NCBI GenBank assembly: GCA_003232385.1
Contig: QIJE01000006.1
Span: 7,336-71,335 of the forward strand
DNA: 64,000 nucleotides
Source: a bacterium
GTDB lineage: Bacteria > SZUA-79 > Acidulodesulfobacterales > Acidulodesulfobacteraceae
Direction of reading: 5' to 3'
Positions within the stretch are counted from its first letter, which is position 1. Every line of letters begins with the position of its first letter. The notes beneath the pieces were generated by a model, which worked only from the letters and a program-made list of their open reading frames with translations, was not told the origin of the DNA and ran no database searches. A program made the position numbers and the translations under genes. This document shows positions 49,689 to 56,348 of this stretch, in pieces.

Positions 49689-49808
49689 CTACTTGCAGCC
49701 CTTACAAGAATAGCAAGAACCTTTTGCATTATTGTCATTTGTTAACATATTGTAAAATTCTTCTGCCGAAACTTCTTGAATTGACGGTGTCTTGTAAATC
49801 TTTTTCAT
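49689..49808 (-). CDS. RiPP precursor peptide, proximal copy, 39 aa: MKKIYKTPSIQEVSAEEFYNMLTNDNNAKGSCYSCKGCK
   Basis: ATG 49808, TAG 49691-49689, the same GGAGGTG SD. Differs from the distal copy only at codon 13 (GTT Val vs ATT Ile). Confidence 0.7.
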   Translation of the reverse strand: MKKIYKTPSIQEVSAEEFYNMLTNDNNAKGSCYSCKGCK

Positions 49809-49824
49809 AGATTTCACCTCCTTT

Positions 49825-50088
49825 TTAATTATCGTTATCATAAATATATTGCTTATTCAAGAGTATTTTTATTAGGTCGTTAAAATCTTTTTTTACGTCC
49901 GCCTTTGCAACGTCAAATTCGTTTGTTAAGCTTAGTATGATATTTTCATTTGAATTTTCTCCGTCACATAACGATAAGATTTTATGTGATACCTCATTTA
50001 TTTTATAAATATTTCCATTGGAATTATCGAAAAGCATGTAATTTTCTTCTTCATGTTTTATACTCACCGTGCTTGAAAGCATCAGCAT
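49825..50088 (-). CDS. PqqD-family peptide chaperone (stand-alone RiPP recognition element)
   Basis: 87 aa. The pattern YMLFDNSNGNIYKINEVSHKILSLCDGENSNENIILSLTNEFDV...DVKKDFNDLIKILLNKQYI fits PqqD/RRE proteins. AAGGAGA SD. Confidence 0.8.
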   Translation of the reverse strand: MLMLSSTVSIKHEEENYMLFDNSNGNIYKINEVSHKILSLCDGENSNENIILSLTNEFDVAKADVKKDFNDLIKILLNKQYIYDNDN

Positions 50089-50148
50089 TATATGTTCTCC
50101 TTATTTACGATTTCGGTTACGGCTTACGTACCAAACAGTTGCGTAGTA

Positions 50149-51186
50149 TTATATCCAGCATTGCGGATCCTTAGAACTTAAATCTTGATTATTGTGATAA
50201 TAACTTATAGCCTTGCATCCGCCGCACCTTTCACTGTGAGAACAAACGAAGCATTCACTTTTATCGTTTTTCTTTCTCATTTGCCATAAAATATCGGAAT
50301 TATACCAAACTTTAAAGAGACCGTCAGTCAGAATGTTGCCGATTGGTAAATAAAGCCTGCGGCAGGGGAGTAAGGTTCCGTCGTGCAATATGCATATTGA
50401 AGAGAACCCGACAGGGCAATAACCGCCTAAGTTTTCGTCTATTAAATTCCATAGTGGTCTTGAGGTAGAAAGCTCAGTATCTTTATTGGAAAACTCTTTT
50501 TTTGCTTCATTGTATACATTTGAATAAATTGTTTTTAATTCCGATGCCTCAATAAAAAAATCTTGCTCTTCGGTTTTTGTCATGGTTGTCATTCGTTCTA
50601 CCGTTAGCATATCTATATTTAATGAAGCGGCAAGTTTCGGCATATTTGCAGCAGAATCTTTATTTTTATCATGCAGCGTAAACATAATTGATGTTTTTAT
50701 TCCTGCATTTTTCAGCCTTTTAATAGATTCAATCGCTTTCAAAAATGTTCCGGCACCCCTTATTTTATCATGTGTTTCTTCATTGTGACCGTCTAATGAC
50801 ACCTGGATTTCAGATATCTTTTTGTGTTTTTTTAGTTTGATAATCGTATCGTTATTGATTAATGTGCCGTTCGTAAGTATAGCGATATTTTTAAAATTAT
50901 CCGATTGTTCTATCAGGTCTATGAGATAAAAAAGACCCTCCGGTTTCAAAAACGGTTCTCCGCCCGAAAGCGAAATAAAACATTTCATTTTCCATTTAGA
51001 CATAGCGGCATCTAATTCAAAAAATATAGAGTTAAGAATATCAAAATCTATATCTTTATAGTCATAGTCATCTTGATAGCAGTGAATGCATCGCAGGTTA
51101 CAGGAGTCTATGAAATGCCATTGTGCGTAAAAATCGTTATTTATGTGTTTTTTATTATTATAGGAATCCATATTGTATAAACCCAT
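50149..51186 (-). CDS. Radical SAM / SPASM-domain peptide maturase
   Basis: C29-x3-C33-x2-C36 (CNLRCIHC), SGGEPF, and a C-terminal SPASM Cys array (CPVGFSSICILHDGTLLPC, CFVCSHSERCGGC, DPQCW). Only 28 residues precede the SAM cluster, so there is no fused RRE. Confidence 0.9.
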   Translation of the reverse strand: MGLYNMDSYNNKKHINNDFYAQWHFIDSCNLRCIHCYQDDYDYKDIDFDILNSIFFELDAAMSKWKMKCFISLSGGEPFLKPEGLFYLIDLIEQSDNFKNIAILTNGTLINNDTIIKLKKHKKISEIQVSLDGHNEETHDKIRGAGTFLKAIESIKRLKNAGIKTSIMFTLHDKNKDSAANMPKLAASLNIDMLTVERMTTMTKTEEQDFFIEASELKTIYSNVYNEAKKEFSNKDTELSTSRPLWNLIDENLGGYCPVGFSSICILHDGTLLPCRRLYLPIGNILTDGLFKVWYNSDILWQMRKKNDKSECFVCSHSERCGGCKAISYYHNNQDLSSKDPQCWI

Positions 51187-51416
51187 AATCTTGATCGGGT
51201 CTATTCTATCTTTATGTATTTTTATAGGTCAAAATCTTATTCGTATAAATAAACTATATCATATGATTATCTAATTTTCAAATTTGGTTGGCCTCATAAA
51301 AAAATATATTGATTTTTTTTTTAATAATGATATATATATTAACTAACGATGAACAAACCTTATGATACTATTTTAAAAGTTTAATTAAATTAATTTTATT
51401 AAGGAGAGAGTTTACG

Positions 51417-51980
51417 ATGAACAAAAAAGCGAAGATCGGGCTGTCTATCCTCGGTGTGGTTTTTGGCATTTCCGCAGTTCTTTCCGGTTGTGCCCCCACT
51501 ATTACTAAAAAAACTTCGAGTGCCTTACCGCCGGTAAAAAAACCGGTAGTAGTCATGAAGCAAGCCGTGAAACCTATGCCTAAGGTTTCAAAACAGGTGC
51601 CTTCCTATGTAAAGGAATATCCGTGGCTTGCGAATTACGACATCCAGAATAGCCTTAACAATATCCATTTTGCTTTCAACAAGTCTATTCTTACGCCGTT
51701 AGATAAGATTGTTCTTAAAAAAGATGCGGTTTATCTTCGGTATAACCCCGATGTAATTATTCAGATTCAAGGAAATTGCGATAGAAGGGGTTCTGAGGCC
51801 TACAATCTTGCGCTTGGGTGGAGAAGGGCGAATGCGGCAAAGGCATATCTTGAGGATTTAGGTGTTGCAGATACCAGACTCAAAACAATTAGCTATGGAA
51901 AAGAAAAACCCCTATGCGGAACGCATGGCAGGGTATGTTATGCAAGAAACAGAAGAGATCATTTTGTTTTGGTTAAATAA
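51417..51980 (+). CDS. pal: Peptidoglycan-associated lipoprotein (OmpA-family, Pal-like)
   Basis: Lipobox LSGC. OmpA_C motifs IHFAFNKSILTP, GNCDRRGSEAYNLALGWRRANAAKAYL, ISYGKEKP. Confidence 0.8.
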   Translation: MNKKAKIGLSILGVVFGISAVLSGCAPTITKKTSSALPPVKKPVVVMKQAVKPMPKVSKQVPSYVKEYPWLANYDIQNSLNNIHFAFNKSILTPLDKIVLKKDAVYLRYNPDVIIQIQGNCDRRGSEAYNLALGWRRANAAKAYLEDLGVADTRLKTISYGKEKPLCGTHGRVCYARNRRDHFVLVK

Positions 51981-52035
51981 ATAGAAGAGACAAGATATGG
52001 TGTAGTCAAATTGAAATTTACGGTTTTAAACTTAG

Positions 52036-52071
52036 CCCTGAATAGCGGTTAGTTTTATTCTTTATTCAGGG
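52036..52071 (+). terminator. Intrinsic terminator after pal (bidirectional; overlaps the bioC 3' end)
   Basis: CCCTGAATA (52036-52044) pairs with TATTCAGGG (52063-52071) and is followed by TTTTCGTATTTTTTT. Confidence 0.55.
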
Positions 52072-52887
52072 TTTTCGTATTTTTTTAAGTACTATGTATG
52101 CAATTTTATACGTACAGTATGTCCTCCCGTTATTATAACGATAATGCTTGTCATAATGGAGAAGTATCCGTCTTAATGATCGCGTGTCGGGTGTTTTTTT
52201 ATTAACAGTGTTTTTCGCGCCAAGCATGTTCATTCTTTTTAATAGTCGTATCGGGGATTCTGCAGTTTCGACGTATTCGAATGTTTTAGAATATTCTATT
52301 TTTAATTCCGCCCCATTAATTTTCTCGTTAATAAATTTCAATTCCGGAAACACATGAAGTTTTATGGAATCGTTTGCCGTATTTTTAAGGCACTCCGTTA
52401 ATTCTCTCAATGTTCCGGATATTAAAAAAGATAAAACAATGACGCCGTTGTCTCTTAGGGATGCCTTGCATTGATTTAAAAAGTTTCCTATATTGTATTG
52501 GTTCAGCCAGTGCAACGCCATATTAGAGAATATCACATCGAATTTTTTACATTTTAAAGGCAAAGATTCTGCATCGCCGCAGATCAAGTATGCATTGTTT
52601 GTATCATTCTTACTCTTAAATTTTCTTTGTGCCTCATTCAATAACCCCGTAGCAAAATCCAGCCCGAAATAATTAAAACAGTCGTTCGACATGTCGCGTT
52701 TAAGTGCAAAATATCCTTGTGCCGTCCCGCAGCCTATATCTAATATGTTCTTGGTATATTTTCGGGTATCAAAAAAACTTTTTATTGTTTGAGATATCAT
52801 TCTAAGAGTAAGATTGTGATACGATGTAAAATTATCATAATTCTTAGCATTAGAAAAATTCAGTTTAACTTTTTGTTTGTTTATCAT
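52066..52887 (-). CDS. bioC: Class I SAM methyltransferase, probably malonyl-ACP O-methyltransferase
   Basis: Motif I ILDIGCGTAQG. Immediately downstream of bioF and overlapping it. Confidence 0.6.
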   Translation of the reverse strand: MINKQKVKLNFSNAKNYDNFTSYHNLTLRMISQTIKSFFDTRKYTKNILDIGCGTAQGYFALKRDMSNDCFNYFGLDFATGLLNEAQRKFKSKNDTNNAYLICGDAESLPLKCKKFDVIFSNMALHWLNQYNIGNFLNQCKASLRDNGVIVLSFLISGTLRELTECLKNTANDSIKLHVFPELKFINEKINGAELKIEYSKTFEYVETAESPIRLLKRMNMLGAKNTVNKKTPDTRSLRRILLHYDKHYRYNNGRTYCTYKIAYIVLKKIRKP

Positions 52888-54100
52888 ATGTATTTACTAA
52901 AATTTTTAAGGCATTTTCAAGAGCGGTAATATTTATACTTGTGTTTATCCCAAGCCTCAATCTTGCTTTCTTTTTTGGAACTGCAGGGTATCTTATTGCC
53001 TTAAGGTATATCCCCGCTTCCAGTAGCCCTTTTTCGATTAAGACAGCCTTGTTTTCATCTCCTATTAGTACAGGTATTATATGAGTCGAGGAATTCAGTA
53101 TGTTTAATCCGCACTGCCTTAAATAATTACGCGCGAATCCGGAATTATCTTGCAGGGTTTTAACTATTTCCGGATTTTCTTTTATGATATCTATTGCTTT
53201 TACACTCGCTGCCGCCGATGTCGGAGGCATGCCGGTAGAGAATATGAACGCCCTACTGAAATTAATAAGATATTCTATTATTAACCGCTTTGAAAGGACA
53301 AAAGCGCCGCTAGAGGCCAACGCCTTGCCAAGCGTACCTATTAGGATGTCGGGTTTAACCGCATGAAAATCGACGCTGCCGCCGCCCTTATCCCCTATAG
53401 TTCCGGTTGCATGTGCATCGTCGACTATGCTGACCGCGTCATATTCTTCAGCTATATCTAAAATACCTCGTAGATCAGGTATATCCCCGTCCATACTAAA
53501 AACACCTTCGGTTATTACCATTTTTATTTCATAATTCCTATGTTTATATAGGATATTTGACAGATAATTCAAATCATTATGTTTAAAGCTCCTAAATTTA
53601 GCGCCGGATGTCAAGATTCCATCTATAATGGAAGCATGAGAAAGCTCGTCGAATACTATGAATGTTTTTAAAGGCGATATATCCGACAGTGCCTTTATGA
53701 CCCCGATATTAGCCTGATAACCGGATGGATATAAAATGCAATTTTCATAATTTCCTTTGAATTCGCAAAGTTTTTTTTCAAGTTTCGTGTGTATATCGGA
53801 ATGTCCATATATCAAAAAAGATGACGACGTTGAGGTTCCATAAGTATTAACGGCTTTTTTTATAGCATTTTTTATCCTTTCGTCGGAAGAAAGTCCGAGA
53901 TAATCGTTTGTTGCAAGATTAATAAATTCGGTGTTATAATTTGAATTATATTTGTAGCGTTTAGACGTAAATATGTTATTTTTATTCGAGTGCGGTTTAA
54001 AGTCATGCCTCGCAGGGTTTATTTTAGGGATTTCCCTATAAAGACCGGTTCTTTTGTTCGCTTCAATCTTGTTCGAGATTAAATCAGATATAAAAGACAT
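52865..54100 (-). CDS. bioF: 8-amino-7-oxononanoate synthase
   Basis: Alpha-oxoamine synthase fold: NDYLGL, VDDAHATG, PLP-lysine region GTLGKALASSG. Confidence 0.85.
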   Translation of the reverse strand: MSFISDLISNKIEANKRTGLYREIPKINPARHDFKPHSNKNNIFTSKRYKYNSNYNTEFINLATNDYLGLSSDERIKNAIKKAVNTYGTSTSSSFLIYGHSDIHTKLEKKLCEFKGNYENCILYPSGYQANIGVIKALSDISPLKTFIVFDELSHASIIDGILTSGAKFRSFKHNDLNYLSNILYKHRNYEIKMVITEGVFSMDGDIPDLRGILDIAEEYDAVSIVDDAHATGTIGDKGGGSVDFHAVKPDILIGTLGKALASSGAFVLSKRLIIEYLINFSRAFIFSTGMPPTSAAASVKAIDIIKENPEIVKTLQDNSGFARNYLRQCGLNILNSSTHIIPVLIGDENKAVLIEKGLLEAGIYLKAIRYPAVPKKKARLRLGINTSINITALENALKILVNTYDKQTKS

Positions 54101-54193
54101 AGATGAAAGTTATGATAACATATTTGCGTATTAATGTTAAATGTTGTAAATAGGCTAAAATTATTCAACTTAACGTTAGAGTAAGGCAAAATA

Positions 54194-54955
54194 GTGAAAA
54201 AAATCTTTGAATTAATTGCAATAGATTTATATCCGGAAATTATGAATATATATGGAGACAGGGGAAACCCCTTCTATTTTAAATACAGGTGTTCTCTTTA
54301 TGGGATAAATCTAAGAGTTTTTGATGTTTCTTTTGAAGCGGAAAAAAGAATTGACATGGATAGGGCGGATATATTCTTTATAGGCGGAGGGCAGGATGCG
54401 GAGCAGGCTTTAATTTATGAAGATTTTATAAAATATAAAAAAAGCGTATTAATGAAAGCCTTGGAAAATGATAAAATAATGCTGGCAATATGCGGCGGTT
54501 ATCAATTATTGTGTGATTATTATAAATCTTTAGATAATAAAATAATTAAGGGAATTTCGGTATTTAGGGGTTATACCGAATCTAAAACGCTTAGATTAAT
54601 TGGAAATATTGCCGTTAAAGCGGAGAATACGGTTTTGGTCGGATTTGAAAATCATGGGGGAAGAACTTACCTGGAAAGAGAACAGAAAGCGTTAGGGACG
54701 GTGCTCAAGGGGTATGGAAATAACGGAAAGAATGGAACGGAAGGGGCAGTGACAGGCAATTTTTTCGGTACATATATGCATGGAAGTTTTTTGCCGAAGA
54801 ACTATATCTTTTGCGATTATCTCATTAATATTGCGCTAAAAAAAAAATATAATGTTTCACTTGAAGAAATTATAAAAATAAATGGAATAGAAATCGATAA
54901 TGATTTTGAAATGAAAGCAAGAAAAGACATAGCCGATCTAAAAAGATTTTTGTGA
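54194..54955 (+). CDS. gatD: Lipid II isoglutaminyl synthase, glutaminase subunit GatD
   Basis: Block-for-block resemblance to S. aureus GatD as I recall it: IFFIGGGQD.EQ, catalytic Cys in AICGGYQLL, YTESKT.RLIGNI, VGFENHGGRTY, GYGNNG, GTYMHG..LPKN. Confidence 0.85.
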   Translation: MKKIFELIAIDLYPEIMNIYGDRGNPFYFKYRCSLYGINLRVFDVSFEAEKRIDMDRADIFFIGGGQDAEQALIYEDFIKYKKSVLMKALENDKIMLAICGGYQLLCDYYKSLDNKIIKGISVFRGYTESKTLRLIGNIAVKAENTVLVGFENHGGRTYLEREQKALGTVLKGYGNNGKNGTEGAVTGNFFGTYMHGSFLPKNYIFCDYLINIALKKKYNVSLEEIIKINGIEIDNDFEMKARKDIADLKRFL

Positions 54956-55372
54956 AATATTTTTAGATTTTCCTACTTCATACTTGGTTTTGACTATAGT
55001 ATCCAATCCGCCGCGTGATTCAAATCTTGCCTCTATCTCTATAAATTTAGGCTTAAGTATTTTACGCAAGTCTTCAATAATTCTGTTTACGGCATGTTCT
55101 TGAAGTATCCCTACGTTTCTGAAGGATAACAAGTAATATTTTAGAGACTTCATTTCTAATAGTTTTTTTGCGGGTAGATATGTAATTAGAAGTTCCGCCG
55201 TGTCGGGAAGTCCCGTCCACGGACAAACAGAAGTAAATTCCTTGGTTTTTATCGTTACGAGTGTGCCACTTTCCGGATATTGAAAATCAATAATTTCTAA
55301 AGCGTCTATATCTATATTTTTTTCAGATAGAACGTCAAATCTTTTATTGATATATTTATTTTCTGTCGTCAT
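54938..55372 (-). CDS. queF: NADPH-dependent 7-cyano-7-deazaguanine reductase (type I QueF)
   Basis: EFTSVCPWTGLPD (catalytic Cys), E.KSLKYYLLSFRN, RGG. Confidence 0.9.
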   Translation of the reverse strand: MTTENKYINKRFDVLSEKNIDIDALEIIDFQYPESGTLVTIKTKEFTSVCPWTGLPDTAELLITYLPAKKLLEMKSLKYYLLSFRNVGILQEHAVNRIIEDLRKILKPKFIEIEARFESRGGLDTIVKTKYEVGKSKNISQKSF

Positions 55373-55472
55373 CTCGTTTTTATTTTTATTTTTATGATTT
55401 TTACTTTATAATAACCAAATAGATTTAACGAATTTATTGCAATTATTCTATCATAATTATTCAGGTAATTCT

Positions 55473-56348
55473 ATGAAAATAATGAAATTTAATAATTTTC
55501 CTATAGGAATATTTGATTCAGGCCTTGGAGGCTTAACCGTTTTTAAAGAAATAAGGAAAATTTTACCATATGAAGACTTGATTTATTTCGGTGATACTGC
55601 AAGGGTTCCATATGGAAATAAATCAAAAAATACCGTTATAAGGTATTCTAATGAAATTTTAGAATTTTTAATCAAGAAGAGAGTTAAAATAGTAATAGTT
55701 GCTTGCAATACCTCGTCAAGCTTGGCATTAGACAGTTTACGGGAGAGGGCGGTTGTTCCGGTGTTCGGCGTTATAGAACCGGGAGCCCAAAAAGCCGTTC
55801 AGGTATTTTCTGGAAAGAATATCGCTGTGATAGGAACATCGGCTACGATTAAAAGCAAGGCGTATTCAAGGGCTATAAATAGAGAAATAGAGCATTTAAA
55901 CGGGGACAGGGGATACATTGACCATACATTTAAAATTATAGAACAAGCTTGTCCTCTCTTCGTTCCTTTAGTCGAAGAAGATTTTTCCAATGAAGAAATA
56001 GTAAGGAATATAATAAGCTATTATTTGAATCCGATAGTTAGTAAAAGGCCTTCATGTATAGTTTTGGGCTGCACGCATTATCCTATCCTTAAAGATTTTA
56101 TATTAGAGGCAATGGGAACGAACGTAGAGATAATTGATTCCGGTATAGAAACTGCAAAGGTAGTTAAATGTTATTTGGGAGAGAATGGGATGTTAAAAGA
56201 CAGGAAAGAGGTAGGAAGCGAATCGTTCTTTGTCAGCGATGGGATGGGGCGACTTAAAGAATTGGGTAAAAAGTTTTTGGGCATAAATATGCGGATAGAG
56301 GATATACACGTTGTAGAAGATGTCAGCTTGCAGGAGGTGCGAGTATAA
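55473..56348 (+). CDS. murI: Glutamate racemase
   Basis: The ORF is open from TTG 55437; I prefer ATG 55473. IGIFDSGLGGLTV, catalytic Cys motifs VACNTSS and LGCTHYP. Confidence 0.9.
   Translation: MKIMKFNNFPIGIFDSGLGGLTVFKEIRKILPYEDLIYFGDTARVPYGNKSKNTVIRYSNEILEFLIKKRVKIVIVACNTSSSLALDSLRERAVVPVFGVIEPGAQKAVQVFSGKNIAVIGTSATIKSKAYSRAINREIEHLNGDRGYIDHTFKIIEQACPLFVPLVEEDFSNEEIVRNIISYYLNPIVSKRPSCIVLGCTHYPILKDFILEAMGTNVEIIDSGIETAKVVKCYLGENGMLKDRKEVGSESFFVSDGMGRLKELGKKFLGINMRIEDIHVVEDVSLQEVRV

Larger units (their letters stand above)
49442..49861. repeat. Two 174-bp direct repeats (49442-49615 and 49688-49861) in 246-bp register
   Basis: Base-by-base comparison found one mismatch (T 49526 vs C 49772). 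The 72 bp between the copies is unique. Confidence 0.9.

Noticed and set aside
49662-49745. 27-aa plus-strand ORF (MRKPCNIKCLLAALTRIARTFCIIVIC) antisense to the proximal precursor
   Set aside because: No properly spaced SD precedes it, and it is the mirror image of the Cys-rich coding strand. The equivalent frame in the distal copy has no start, since the ATG lies in the unique joint.
49442-49861. A repeat pair that could be mistaken for a CRISPR or other non-coding repeat array
   Set aside because: There are only two copies, each 174 bp. Each contains a complete SD-preceded ORF plus a gene fragment. No short regular repeat-spacer periodicity and no cas genes are present.
49443-51186. Identity of the rSAM/PqqD/peptide set as a PQQ or mycofactocin locus
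   Set aside because: The peptide lacks the PqqA E-x3-Y motif and the MftA C-terminal GVY. No pqqB/pqqC or mftD/mftE/mftF-type genes are adjacent, and the gene order differs (enzyme, chaperone, then peptides).
51309-51337. TTGATT-16/17-TATATA promoter-like element upstream of pal
   Set aside because: It is plausible, but the 230-bp region is so AT-rich that many equally good hexamer pairs exist. It is not reported as a feature.
49380-51416. Calling the RiPP locus a mobile or horizontally acquired island
   Set aside because: No integrase or transposase, no flanking direct or inverted repeats, and no adjacent tRNA. Composition could not be quantified by eye, so only the synteny argument is reported, as a low-interest finding.
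54101-54193. BirA-type biotin operator upstream of bioF (and upstream of bioB at 48036-48083)
   Set aside because: Only direct TGTTAA/TGTAAA-like words are present. No inverted TGTWAAC...GTTWACA pair with suitable spacing was seen.
55373-55436. Possible preQ1 riboswitch upstream of queF (minus strand)
   Set aside because: The 64-nt leader is almost pure A/T. It has no G/C-rich P1 stem and no conserved preQ1-I loop or tail pattern.
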